From contig JAXGNR010000005.1 of assembly GCA_040767965.1 (NCBI GenBank), forward strand, positions 192,001-256,000: a stretch of 64,000 nucleotides of DNA. Direction: 5' to 3'. The number at the start of each line of letters is the position of its first letter. The first letter of the stretch is position 1. Source of the stretch: Atribacterota bacterium. GTDB taxonomy: Bacteria > Atribacterota > Phoenicimicrobiia > Phoenicimicrobiales > Stramentimicrobiaceae. Made by a program: the position numbers and the translations under genes. Below the pieces are notes generated by a model. The model was not told the origin of the DNA, made no database searches, and saw only the letters and a program-made list of their open reading frames with translations. Shown in pieces: positions 25,490 to 38,490 of this stretch.

Positions 25490-26527
25490 ATGCTTTCCTA
25501 TATTATTAGACGATTGCTTATTCTCCCAATCATCTTGCTAGGAGTTAGCTTTTTAATATTTTGCTTATTTTCATTATTGAGTCCAATGGAAAGACTGGCA
25601 ACATATGTTAATAATCCCAGTGTTTTAAAAAACCCTCAAGCTGCACAAAGTTTGATTGCGAAATATCATTTAGATGATCCTTTTCCTGCTGGTTATTTTT
25701 ATTGGTTAAAATCATTGATAAAACTTGATTTTGGTTGGTCTCCTACCGCTAATCAGCCGGTTTGGGATGCAATTATGCAGAGGCTTCCTGCCACAATGGA
25801 ACTCGTTTTATATTCAATAATTCCGGTAATTATCATAGGAATATGGTTAGGTGTTATTTCTGCTGTGCATCATAATGGAATAATTGATCAAATTATTAGG
25901 GTAACAGCAATTATTGGCTGGTCTTTGCCCACATTTATTTTTGGTTTACTGGTATTATTTATATTTTACGGCTTATTGGGCTGGTTGCCCCCTGGTAGAC
26001 TAAGTACCTGGGCGCAATATATTGTTTATGCTGGTGATAGCTTTAAAACCTATACACATTTCATAACTATTGATGCGCTTCTCAATGGACGATTAGATAT
26101 TTTTTGGGATGCTTTAAAGCACCTTGTGGGACCAATCATTACTTTATCATATATTTCATGGGCTTATCTATTGCGAATTACCCGCTCAAGCATGCTTGAT
26201 ACTTTACGAAAAGATTATATAAGGACTGCACGAGCTAAAGGAGTTGACGAGAGAAAGGTTATTTACCTTCACGCAAGGAAAAATGCTATGATTCCTGTTA
26301 TAACTGTTGCTGGAATGATGATTATTGGAATGCTGGGAGGAGTAGTAATTACAGAAACTGTTTTTACTTACCCTGGACTAGGGTTTTGGGCAGCGTCTTC
26401 AGCTCAACAGTTAGATTACGGATCTGTAATTGGTTTTGCTTTATTATTTGCATTTATAATGGTTATTGGAAATTTATTGGTTGATGTTTCTTATGCTTTA
26501 ATTGATCCAAGAGTGAGGCTTGAGTAA
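25490..26527 (+). CDS. oppB: Peptide ABC transporter permease
   Basis: YIIRRL, RLPATMEL, DYIRTARAKG, DPRVR. Confidence 0.93.
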   Translation: MLSYIIRRLLILPIILLGVSFLIFCLFSLLSPMERLATYVNNPSVLKNPQAAQSLIAKYHLDDPFPAGYFYWLKSLIKLDFGWSPTANQPVWDAIMQRLPATMELVLYSIIPVIIIGIWLGVISAVHHNGIIDQIIRVTAIIGWSLPTFIFGLLVLFIFYGLLGWLPPGRLSTWAQYIVYAGDSFKTYTHFITIDALLNGRLDIFWDALKHLVGPIITLSYISWAYLLRITRSSMLDTLRKDYIRTARAKGVDERKVIYLHARKNAMIPVITVAGMMIIGMLGGVVITETVFTYPGLGFWAASSAQQLDYGSVIGFALLFAFIMVIGNLLVDVSYALIDPRVRLE

Positions 26528-27470
26528 GAAGATGAATCGTATAATCAGAAAATTATTTAGTAATACTACCTCATTAATAGGTTTGATACTACTTTTTATT
26601 TTCATAACTATAGCAATATTCGCCCCTTTTATTGCTCCTCCTTTATTTATTTCAGACCCTTACCAAATACCAAGAATGTCCTGGGATGTTGAGCCGCAAC
26701 CTCCGGGATTTCCCATGTCAGAAGATATAAGATTAATCTATGATAGTTTAGAACAACCCGTTGTCAGAGAAACTGCTATCTTTGGTACTGCCCAGGGTGG
26801 GTATGATATTTTTTATGGACTTATCTGGGGAACAAGAACAGCTTTTCGTATCGGCATAATTACAGTTACTTTATCAATGCTAATTGGAATAATAAGTGGT
26901 TCAATAGCTGCATATTTTGGTGGCTGGATTGATGAATTGCTGATGCGAATTACTGACATTTTTTTATCAATTCCTTTTCTTGTTGCTGCAATGGTATTAA
27001 CTACTATTCTGGGAAGAGGATTAGATAAAGTTATGGTCGCACTTATAGCGTTTGGCTGGATGGGTTATGCAAGAGTTATCAGGGGCAGTATCTTATGTGT
27101 AAAAGAAGAGGTTTATATTAATGCTGCTAAGGCATTAGGGGTAAACGATTTTAATATTATCATAAGACATTTGCTTCCAAATACAATTTTCCCTGTAATG
27201 GTACAGGCAAGCATGAACATAGGATCAATGGTAATTACAGCAGCAGCTTTAAGCTTTTTAGGTGTTGGAGCGCCTCTGGGTTATGCAGATTGGGGTCAAA
27301 TGGTCAGCTTTGCACGTAACTGGATTGTCGGTTCTCCTGGCAATGCCGGAGAATACTGGTATGCAGTTTTTTTCCCATCATTATTTATTGTGCTTTTTGT
27401 TCTTGCCTGGAACTTAGTAGGAGATACATTGCGGGATATTTTAGATCCTCGTTTAAGAGGTGAGCTATGA
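26520..27470 (+). CDS. oppC: Peptide ABC transporter permease
   Basis: YINAAKALG, RHLLPN, LSFLGVG, GDTLRDILDPR. Confidence 0.93.
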   Translation: MSKKMNRIIRKLFSNTTSLIGLILLFIFITIAIFAPFIAPPLFISDPYQIPRMSWDVEPQPPGFPMSEDIRLIYDSLEQPVVRETAIFGTAQGGYDIFYGLIWGTRTAFRIGIITVTLSMLIGIISGSIAAYFGGWIDELLMRITDIFLSIPFLVAAMVLTTILGRGLDKVMVALIAFGWMGYARVIRGSILCVKEEVYINAAKALGVNDFNIIIRHLLPNTIFPVMVQASMNIGSMVITAAALSFLGVGAPLGYADWGQMVSFARNWIVGSPGNAGEYWYAVFFPSLFIVLFVLAWNLVGDTLRDILDPRLRGEL

Positions 27471-28501
27471 TGCAAAAAGATAAGAATAAAATATTACAGA
27501 TTAAAGGCCTTAAAACATATTTTTTTACTGAGAATGGAGTTGTAAAAGCTGTTGACGGTGTTGATTTTGAAGTTTACCAGGGTGAAACATTGGGTATTGT
27601 TGGTGAATCAGGATGTGGAAAAAGCATTACTGCTTTTTCTATTATGAGGCTGCTTGATTACCCTGGGAAAATAGTTGAAGGTCAAATCATATTTAAAGAA
27701 GAAAATTTGCTTCAAAAAAGTGAAAAACAGATGAGACAAATAAGAGGAAAAGATATTTCTATGATTTTTCAGGAACCTATGACTTCCTTAAATCCTGTTC
27801 TTACAATTGGTTTTCAGATATCTGAATCATTAGAAGTACATTTTAGAATGGATAAAGCTAAAGCAAGAAAAAGAGCGTTAGAATTATTGGAAAAAGTTGG
27901 CATTCCTATTCCTGAACAGCGAGTTGATGAATACCCTCATCAGTTAAGCGGAGGTATGAGACAGAGAGCAGTGATCGCTATGGCTTTAGCCTGCGATCCC
28001 GCCCTCCTGATAGCCGATGAGCCGACTACTTCTTTAGATGTTACCATACAAGCTCAGATATTAGATTTAATGAAATCACTTTTAGAGCAATTTAACAGCT
28101 CTTTAATGATGATAACACATGACCTGGGAGTTATTGCAGAAATTGCTGATAGAATTGCGGTTATGTATGCCGGTAAAATAGTGGAGTACGCTGCTACCCG
28201 CTCCATTTTTTACTCACCCGGGCATCCCTATACTTTTGGTTTATTAACATCAATTCCAAGACTAGATATGGATGTTAAAAAATTAGAATCAATTCCTGGA
28301 ATTGTTCCTGATCCGCTTAATTTTCCAGAAGGGTGCAAATTCCACCCACGATGTGTTTTTGCCACTGAAAAATGTATCAAGGAAGAACCTCCATTAACTA
28401 AAATTACACAAGATCATTATGTTCGCTGCTGGAATACTGAGCAGGTTAACCAGGAAGCAAAGAAAATAATATTTTCCGGGAGGTTATCAAAAAATGGCTG
28501 A
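27467..28501 (+). CDS. oppD: Peptide ABC transporter ATPase
   Basis: [23 protein letters not shown]-terminal Cys-rich oligopeptide domain. Confidence 0.95.
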   Translation: MMQKDKNKILQIKGLKTYFFTENGVVKAVDGVDFEVYQGETLGIVGESGCGKSITAFSIMRLLDYPGKIVEGQIIFKEENLLQKSEKQMRQIRGKDISMIFQEPMTSLNPVLTIGFQISESLEVHFRMDKAKARKRALELLEKVGIPIPEQRVDEYPHQLSGGMRQRAVIAMALACDPALLIADEPTTSLDVTIQAQILDLMKSLLEQFNSSLMMITHDLGVIAEIADRIAVMYAGKIVEYAATRSIFYSPGHPYTFGLLTSIPRLDMDVKKLESIPGIVPDPLNFPEGCKFHPRCVFATEKCIKEEPPLTKITQDHYVRCWNTEQVNQEAKKIIFSGRLSKNG

Positions 28502-29459
28502 AGCATTAATTGGTATTAAAAAATTAGTAAAATACTTTCCTATTAAAAAAGGTGTTTTTAAAAAGACAGTTGGTTGGGTGAAAGCTATTGACGGTATCAG
28601 CTTTGATATTTATGCTGGAGAAACTCTTGGACTTGTTGGGGAATCTGGTTGCGGAAAATCAACTACTGCTATGACAATTCTTCGCCTGGAAGAACCCACC
28701 AGTGGAGATATACTGTTCCAGGGTAAAAATCTTACCAAAATAAAGAAAAACCAAATGCGAAAATACCGAAAGGACTTACAGATAATATTTCAAGATCCAT
28801 ATAGCTCTCTTGACCCTAGAATGAAAGTAAAAAATATTATAGCTGAAGGACTGTCTGCTCACAATGTTTATAACACTAAAAAGAGTTTTCAAAAAGTAGG
28901 AGAATTACTGGAAAAAGTTGGAATTGTGCCCGAATACATGGATCGTTTTCCGCATGAATTTAGTGGAGGACAAAGACAAAGAATCGGTATTGCCAGAGCG
29001 CTAGCCTTAAATCCTAAACTGATTATTTGCGATGAGGCTGTTTCAGCTCTTGATGTATCCATACGATCTCAGATAATTAATTTATTTAAGGATTTGCAAA
29101 AAGAATTCAATCTGACATATCTTTTTATTGCACATGATTTAAGCGTAATTAAATATATTAGCGATAGAGTTGCAGTTATGTATTTAGGTAAAATAGTGGA
29201 AATCGCACCTAAGGATATTTTTTTCCAAAAAACTCTACATCCTTATGCACAAGCATTAATTTCGGCTGTCCCAGTTCCTAACCCTGATTATAAAAAAGAA
29301 AGAATTCTTCTAACCGGAGATGTTCCTAGTCCTGCCAATCCTCCAAAAGGATGCTATTTTCATCCCAGATGTCCAAAAGTTATGCCAATTTGCTCTAAAG
29401 AGGAACCTATCTTAAGAGAAATTGAAAAAAACCATTTCACAGCTTGTCATTTGTATTAA
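28494..29459 (+). CDS. oppF: Peptide ABC transporter ATPase
   Basis: [26 protein letters not shown]. Confidence 0.95.
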   Translation: MAEALIGIKKLVKYFPIKKGVFKKTVGWVKAIDGISFDIYAGETLGLVGESGCGKSTTAMTILRLEEPTSGDILFQGKNLTKIKKNQMRKYRKDLQIIFQDPYSSLDPRMKVKNIIAEGLSAHNVYNTKKSFQKVGELLEKVGIVPEYMDRFPHEFSGGQRQRIGIARALALNPKLIICDEAVSALDVSIRSQIINLFKDLQKEFNLTYLFIAHDLSVIKYISDRVAVMYLGKIVEIAPKDIFFQKTLHPYAQALISAVPVPNPDYKKERILLTGDVPSPANPPKGCYFHPRCPKVMPICSKEEPILREIEKNHFTACHLY

Positions 29460-29558
29460 CACTTCAGTATTTTTACATTTTCTCTGTTAAACAACATTAA
29501 ATCAAATTGTGTATATTTACATTTTATGTTAAAATTGTTCTCGAATCGGCAAATACGA

Positions 29559-29631
29559 GCGCCCGTAGCTCAATGGATAGAGCAGGGGCTTCCTAAGCCC
29601 CGTGTTGGAAGTTCGACTCTTCTCGGGCGCT
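29559..29631 (+). tRNA. tRNA-Arg(CCT), CCA not encoded
   Basis: GCGCCCG...CGGGCGC-T; anticodon arm GGGGC-TT-CCT-AA-GCCCC; A20 in the D-loop. Confidence 0.93.
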
Positions 29632-29715
29632 CCTTTTTGTATTTATTATATGATCTTATTAACGCTTAAGATCTATTTATACCAGAAACATGATAGGTAA
29701 GAGAGGAAGATTAAG

Positions 29716-31401
29716 TTGAATAAAAAAGTCAATGAAGATCTGAAACAAATAATAAAAGATGCTGTCCAAAATATGCCCAGGAAAAATAAAGTAAATATAG
29801 AGAAATTTCCAAATATTATTTTGACTACTCCTAAAAATTCTGAACATGGACATTTATCTACTAACATTGCATTGCAATTGCAAAATATTTTTAAAGAAAA
29901 ATCAATGATCCTTGCAAATATAATTGTTCAAGAAATACAAAAAAAAGATACAGGAATTTTAGAGAAAGCAGAAATAGCAGAACCAGGTTTTATTAATTTT
30001 TACCTAAAAAACAATGTTTTTTTTCAAATATTGAACGAAATAATGAGTAAAAAAGAACAATATGGCAAGTCAAATATAGGTAATAACAAAAAAATACTAA
30101 TAGAATTTGTTAGCGTGAACCCTACAGGGCCATTACATGTAGGACACGGAAAATGTGCTGCAGTAGGGGATGCCCTTGCTAAAATACTTTCTAAAGCTGG
30201 ATATCAGGTTTCAACTGAATACTATATAAATGATCACGGTAGGCAAATGGATATTCTGGGAAAATCTGTTTTTGCACGTTATCGGATACTATCTGGGGAA
30301 GACGTTTCATTTCCGGAAAATGGATATAAAGGTGATTATATAACAGCATTAGCTAAAGAAATTATAGAAAAACACAATTACAGGTTTATAGGTAAGAATA
30401 ATACAGAAACAATACAGTTTTTTAAAGAATATGCCCATAAAAAAATAATTACAGATATAAGGAAAGATCTTGTTTCTTTTGGAGTTGAGTTTGATAATTG
30501 GTTTAGCGAAGAAACTCTCTATTCTGATGACAAAGTAAGACCAGTTATTAATAGGCTGTTAGAAGAAAAACATATTTATCAGCAGGATGGTGCATTATGG
30601 TTTAAATCAACTGCATGTGGTGATGAAAAAGACAGAGTTGTAGTCAGAGAAAGCGGAGAACCAACATATTTTGCTTCTGATATTGCCTACCATGAAGATA
30701 AATACAAAAGGGGATTTGAAACACTAATTGACATATGGGGTGCTGACCATCATGGTTATGTGAAAAGAATGAAGGCAGTGATAGATGCTTTAGGATATGA
30801 TATTGACTCATTTCAAGTATTATTAGTACAGTTTGTTACTTTGATTAAAGAAGGTAAAATAGTTGGAATGAGCACCAGGGGTGGTGAATTTGTAAGATTA
30901 AAGGATCTTATTTCAGAAGTAGGTAAAGACGTAGCAAGATATTTCTTTTTAATGCATAGCCATGATAGCCATACAGAATTTGATTTAGATATAGCCAAAT
31001 CCCAATCCATGGAAAATCCAGTATTTTACATACAATATGCATATGCCAGAATATGCAGTATAATAGAAAAAGGGAAAAATGAAAAAATTGATATTAGTGA
31101 AGAATCTGGAATAGATCTTGATTTATCTTTGTTAAAAAGTAAAGAAGAAATTGAATTAATAAAAAAACTGGCTAATTATAGAAAAATTATTGAAAGAAGC
31201 GCTATATATTGGAGACCATATCTGGTAGCTAGTTATTTGCACGAATTAGCATCTATATTCCATAAATACTACACAGAGTACAAAGTAATAAATCCAGATA
31301 TTAATTTAACAAAATCACGTTTATATCTAATCCATGCAACAAAAATTGTACTAAAAGATGCCCTGAAATTATTAGGAGTAGAAGCTCCAGAAAAAATGTA
31401 A
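29716..31401 (+). CDS. argS: Arginyl-tRNA synthetase
   Basis: EFVSVNPTGPLHVGH, WGADHHGY, MSTRGG, YIQYAYARI. Confidence 0.98.
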   Translation: MNKKVNEDLKQIIKDAVQNMPRKNKVNIEKFPNIILTTPKNSEHGHLSTNIALQLQNIFKEKSMILANIIVQEIQKKDTGILEKAEIAEPGFINFYLKNNVFFQILNEIMSKKEQYGKSNIGNNKKILIEFVSVNPTGPLHVGHGKCAAVGDALAKILSKAGYQVSTEYYINDHGRQMDILGKSVFARYRILSGEDVSFPENGYKGDYITALAKEIIEKHNYRFIGKNNTETIQFFKEYAHKKIITDIRKDLVSFGVEFDNWFSEETLYSDDKVRPVINRLLEEKHIYQQDGALWFKSTACGDEKDRVVVRESGEPTYFASDIAYHEDKYKRGFETLIDIWGADHHGYVKRMKAVIDALGYDIDSFQVLLVQFVTLIKEGKIVGMSTRGGEFVRLKDLISEVGKDVARYFFLMHSHDSHTEFDLDIAKSQSMENPVFYIQYAYARICSIIEKGKNEKIDISEESGIDLDLSLLKSKEEIELIKKLANYRKIIERSAIYWRPYLVASYLHELASIFHKYYTEYKVINPDINLTKSRLYLIHATKIVLKDALKLLGVEAPEKM

Positions 31402-31406
31402 ATAAT

Positions 31407-32315
31407 ATGAAAGAAAATGTAGAAAATATTAAAAATTGTCGCTTTGTTATAATAACCGGACTTTCTGGTGCCGGCAAAAGCATTGCTATGAAATCATTGG
31501 AAGACTTAGGTTTTTTCTGTGTAGATAATATGCCTCCACAATTAATTCCAAAGTTTTCTGAAATGTTTTTACTTTCTCAGGGGAAATTATCACAAATAGC
31601 ATTTGTGGTTGACATACGAGGTGAAATATTTTTTAGAGAAATTGATCAATGCTTAAATGAACTTGCTGAAATTGGAATTCAGCCTGAAATCATATTTCTT
31701 GAAGCAAAAGATGAAGTTATTGTAAGAAGATTTAGTGAAACCAGAAGAAAACATCCATTACAATTTTCACAGAGTATCCTGGAAAATATCCAGCAGGAAA
31801 GAAAAAAAATAAATGAATTAAAATCAAAAGCAACTAAAATAATAGACACATCTAATCTTGAGACTAAAGAGTTAAAGCAGGAAATACAGAGTTTTTTTAA
31901 AACAGGTAACACTGTCGGGCTACACATAAGTTTAATGTCTTTTGGCTATAAATATGGAATGCCTATTGATGTTGATCTGATTATCGATGCCCGTTTTTTA
32001 CCAAATCCATTTTACCAAAATGAGTTAAGTGAATATTCTGGTAAAGATGAGAAAATAAGAAAATATTTATATAATTTCTCAGTCACTAAAGAATTTATCG
32101 ATAAATTTTATTCTTTAATTGATTTCTTAAGCCCATATTATTTAAAAGAAGGAAAGGATTATCTTTCAATAGCTATTGGTTGTACCGGCGGTAGGCATAG
32201 ATCTGTTTTTTTGGTGAATGAATTGTATACATTATTAAAAAATAAAGATCATCAAATAATTGTAAAACACAGGGATATCAAGAAAGCAGAAAAAGATAAT
32301 AAAGAGAAAATTTAA
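31407..32315 (+). CDS. rapZ: RNase adapter / P-loop NTPase RapZ (YvcJ)
   Basis: TGLSGAGKS, SFGYKYG, RFLPNP, GCTGGRHRSV. Confidence 0.96.
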   Translation: MKENVENIKNCRFVIITGLSGAGKSIAMKSLEDLGFFCVDNMPPQLIPKFSEMFLLSQGKLSQIAFVVDIRGEIFFREIDQCLNELAEIGIQPEIIFLEAKDEVIVRRFSETRRKHPLQFSQSILENIQQERKKINELKSKATKIIDTSNLETKELKQEIQSFFKTGNTVGLHISLMSFGYKYGMPIDVDLIIDARFLPNPFYQNELSEYSGKDEKIRKYLYNFSVTKEFIDKFYSLIDFLSPYYLKEGKDYLSIAIGCTGGRHRSVFLVNELYTLLKNKDHQIIVKHRDIKKAEKDNKEKI

Positions 32316-32316
32316 G

Positions 32317-33609
32317 ATGTCTTTAAAAAATTTTCAATTTATTTCTTTATGGAAATGGCTTTATCCGGGAATGAAGGTCAAAAGATTCTTATTTGTTGTT
32401 CTTTTTGGGATTTTATTGATGGCTATTGGGTTAATATTTTTAATTGACCTGACCAGATTTTTATGGATTAAAGATACAATTAGGAGATTATTTGAATACT
32501 ATCAAATAGCACCACATTTCTCTGGATTTTTGTTAATTATTTCCGGATCCTCACTGGTTATATTGGGAATCTCTAATATGAACCGCTCTATTCTAAAAAA
32601 AATTATACCAAATCAAATAAACCAAATTTCAGATATAATCTATCTCCAGAACAAATTAGAAAAAGGACCTCGTATAGTTGCTATAGGTGGAGGAACAGGA
32701 TTAAACACCATCTTAAAAGGTTTAAAAAAATATACAAGTAATATCACAGCAGTTGTAACTGTTTTTGATAGTGGAGGTAATTCAGGCCGATTAAGAGAAG
32801 AGATGGGAGTCTTGCCTCCAGGAGATATCAGGAATTGTTTGGTTGCCCTTTCTACCAAGGAGCCATTGATGACAAAATTGTTTCAATATCGATTTAAACT
32901 AGGCAGTTTAAGAGATCATAGTTTTGGGAATCTATTTATTACTGCAATGTCAGAAGTGAGTGGAGATTTTACAAAAGCAATTGAAAAATCCAGCGAGATA
33001 TTGGCAATTAGAGGCAAAGTTTTGCCATCTTCAAAGGATAATATAACATTGTGTGCAAGTTTAAAAAGTAATGAGATAATAGTAGGTGAAGATAATATAT
33101 CAAAAGGGTATGGGAAAATTGAAAAAGTATTTCTTCAACCTGATAAGGCCTTGCCATTACCAGAAACCATTCAGTCAATAAAAGAGGCTGATATTATAAT
33201 ACTAGGGCCTGGCAGTTTATATACCAGCGTAATATGCAATTTATTGGTAAAGGATATTCCAGAAGCCATCTGTGAATCCAGCGCAAAAAAAATATACATA
33301 TGCAATGTTATGACTCAGCCAGGCGAAACAGACAATTACACTGTTTCAATGCACTTAGATGAAATAGTAAAATATTTGAAAAAAGATTGCCTGGATTATG
33401 TTTTAGTAAATAATAAAAAAATAGCGAAAAACACACTTATTAAATACCAAAATGAAGGTGCCTTTATAGTTAAAGATGATTTATCAAAAAGCAATCGAAA
33501 AATAAACATAATAAGAAAGGATTTACTTTCTGAGCACAATTTTGCAAGACATGATTCTGAAAAAATAACTAGTTTAATTATGGAAATTGTTCAAAGGGAG
33601 AAAAAATAA
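32317..33609 (+). CDS. yvcK: YvcK/GlmR family protein with N-terminal TM helices
   Basis: IGGGTGL, DSGGNSG, PPGDIRN, GPGSLYTS. Confidence 0.93.
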   Translation: MSLKNFQFISLWKWLYPGMKVKRFLFVVLFGILLMAIGLIFLIDLTRFLWIKDTIRRLFEYYQIAPHFSGFLLIISGSSLVILGISNMNRSILKKIIPNQINQISDIIYLQNKLEKGPRIVAIGGGTGLNTILKGLKKYTSNITAVVTVFDSGGNSGRLREEMGVLPPGDIRNCLVALSTKEPLMTKLFQYRFKLGSLRDHSFGNLFITAMSEVSGDFTKAIEKSSEILAIRGKVLPSSKDNITLCASLKSNEIIVGEDNISKGYGKIEKVFLQPDKALPLPETIQSIKEADIIILGPGSLYTSVICNLLVKDIPEAICESSAKKIYICNVMTQPGETDNYTVSMHLDEIVKYLKKDCLDYVLVNNKKIAKNTLIKYQNEGAFIVKDDLSKSNRKINIIRKDLLSEHNFARHDSEKITSLIMEIVQREKK

Positions 33610-34563
33610 TTGTATTATTCATCCTTGGCGAAGCAGGAGTTAACAAAAATATTACCTAAAAATATGGCTGAACAAAAAGGAGAACTGCTTGCTTTTATCC
33701 TGATGAAAGGATGTTTTAGTGAAAATAATTTTTCAATTATCATAGAGAATCCGGCATTAAATAAAGTTATCTATTATTTATTGAAACAAGTATTCAGTTA
33801 TAATCCTACGATTAAAAAAATAAGAGGAAAAAAGAAAAAAAATGAATATATAATTAACATTTCAGGTTATAAAGAGATCAGTAAGATCCTTGCTGAATTT
33901 AAGCTCAAGATCACTCAAAATGGTAAAATATTAGAAAAGCAAATAAAAAAGAAACAAAATAATAATAACAAAATAAGTCATCATGATTATTTCGCAAAGG
34001 CTTTTTTAAGAGGAGCTTTTTTAGCAGGTGGTTTTGTAAATGATCCTGAAAGAATGTATCACCTCCAAATAGCGTGTTCTTTAAAAACTGAAGCTGAGGC
34101 TATTCAAAGAATGCTTCAACAGAATTCTTTTTTGGCAAAAACAAGTTTCTGGCAGAAAAAATGGATAGTATATATGAAAAAAAGTGAGCACATTTTTGAA
34201 TTTTTACGTTTCATTGGCGTTCAGAGAGCTTTGCTAAATTTTCAAGATATTGTTGCAAGGAAAGATATTTTAAATAAAGTTAACCGATTGGTTAATTGCG
34301 AAACAGCCAATCTTGATAAAACAATTAATTCAGCCTCAAAGCAATTAATGTATATAGAGATTGTAAAAAAAAATATAAGTTTAAAGAACTTGCCTGTTAG
34401 TCTTGTTGAAGTTATCAATGCACGTTCTGCCAACCCTTATTCAAGTATTCAAGAATTGGCAAATATAATAGGGGGCAATATTAGTAAATCCGGAATATAT
34501 CATCGTTTAAAAAAAATTGAGCAAATCGCTGAAAAATACATATCAGAGGAAATAACAAATTAA
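33610..34563 (+). CDS. whiA: DNA-binding protein WhiA
   Basis: FLRGAFLAGG...DP...YHL, NRLVNCETANL, ISKSGIYHRL; rapZ-yvcK-whiA synteny. Confidence 0.93.
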   Translation: MYYSSLAKQELTKILPKNMAEQKGELLAFILMKGCFSENNFSIIIENPALNKVIYYLLKQVFSYNPTIKKIRGKKKKNEYIINISGYKEISKILAEFKLKITQNGKILEKQIKKKQNNNNKISHHDYFAKAFLRGAFLAGGFVNDPERMYHLQIACSLKTEAEAIQRMLQQNSFLAKTSFWQKKWIVYMKKSEHIFEFLRFIGVQRALLNFQDIVARKDILNKVNRLVNCETANLDKTINSASKQLMYIEIVKKNISLKNLPVSLVEVINARSANPYSSIQELANIIGGNISKSGIYHRLKKIEQIAEKYISEEITN

Positions 34564-34653
34564 AGTTGAGTATTTAATTGTATCAAAACAATATTTCATC
34601 TTGATAAGTCTATATTTGTAAAATTCCTGTTTTCTAAGCATAGAAGGAGTTAA

Positions 34654-37185
<2,532 letters not shown>

Positions 37186-37283
37186 AAACCATGCTAGCAG
37201 GTTCTGAAAATAGTCAATAATTTTTATATTTGTCATATTTTTTTTAATTTTGTTATGTGCTTAACATAATATGGAGGATGCTT

Positions 37284-38051
37284 ATGGCGCGCAAGCCTTT
37301 GATTGTCGGAAATTGGAAAATGAATAAAACTGTTACAGAAAGTATTTCTTTAATTAGAGAAATAGTTGATTTTTTAAAAAGAGAGCAAAATACTGAAATA
37401 GCTATATGTCCACCATTTACTTCAATATGGGTAGCAAGAGAATTACTGCAAGATACTAATATTTTATTAGGTGCTCAAAATATGTATTATAAAGATGAAG
37501 GGGCATATACTGGAGAAATATCAGCAAAAATGCTACAAAATATTGGTTGTAAATTTGTGATTCTCGGACATTCCGAAAGAAGAATATATTTTAAAGAAAG
37601 TTCTCAGGAAATTGCCAGTAAAGCAAAACAAGCTATAAATTATAATTTAATCCCAATAATATGCGTTGGAGAAAATTTAGAAGAAAGGGAATTGAATCAA
37701 GCAAATTATATAATTCAGGAACAGATAAAAAGTGTATTTGAAATTTTTAAAATGCATGATATGGAAAAAGTTATTTTTGCTTATGAACCTATTTGGGCAA
37801 TCGGTACTGGCAAGTCTGCCACTCCTGAAGAGGCAAATAGCATGATTAAATTCATTCGTGCTTTAGTTCGAGAAAAATATACTGAAAAAATAGCTGAACA
37901 AATTAAGATACTTTACGGTGGCAGTGTGAATCACAATAATATAAATGAATTGATGTTGAAACCAGATATTGATGGTGCCTTAGTAGGAGGAGCAAGCTTG
38001 AATGCTTTAACTTTTTCTCAGCTCTTCAACTATAATAGTAGAAAGTATTAA
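37284..38051 (+). CDS. tpiA: Triosephosphate isomerase
   Basis: GNWKMN, GHSERR, AYEPIWAIGTG, LYGGSV, VGGASL. Confidence 0.98.
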   Translation: MARKPLIVGNWKMNKTVTESISLIREIVDFLKREQNTEIAICPPFTSIWVARELLQDTNILLGAQNMYYKDEGAYTGEISAKMLQNIGCKFVILGHSERRIYFKESSQEIASKAKQAINYNLIPIICVGENLEERELNQANYIIQEQIKSVFEIFKMHDMEKVIFAYEPIWAIGTGKSATPEEANSMIKFIRALVREKYTEKIAEQIKILYGGSVNHNNINELMLKPDIDGALVGGASLNALTFSQLFNYNSRKY

Positions 38052-38218
38052 AAAATAAAGTAATTTTCAAAATAGGCAAAATTTATTTTATATAGTTACT
38101 TACTTTTCTAATATATCTTGATTCAGATTCACATTTATGATATCATGCATAAGCATGCAAAATTATTAGACTGAGCTGATAAGTATATTGTAATCCAATT
38201 ATAAAGGAGAGGGTTTTC

Positions 38219-38443
38219 ATGCCAACATGGCTAATGTTGATACAGATAATAATAAGTATTGCGCTAATAGGTGTTGTATTATTCCAGTCCAGAAAAGCAG
38301 GACAGGGTGGTGGAGTATTTGGTGGGAGCACTTTTGCTGATCATAGAGGTAGAAAAGGTTCAGAAGTGCTTTTGATGAAAATAACCACCGCAATAGCAAT
38401 ATTATTCATGGTTTCTTCTATCATGATCAGTATTTATAAATAG
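38219..38443 (+). CDS. secG: Preprotein translocase subunit SecG
   Basis: Two TM helices around a Gly-rich loop (Q..K..GGGVFGG), LMKITT; follows tpiA. Confidence 0.9.
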   Translation: MPTWLMLIQIIISIALIGVVLFQSRKAGQGGGVFGGSTFADHRGRKGSEVLLMKITTAIAILFMVSSIMISIYK

Positions 38444-38490
38444 TATTATAGGTTTACATATAGAAGAATAGGAGAAGGATATACTTAAAC

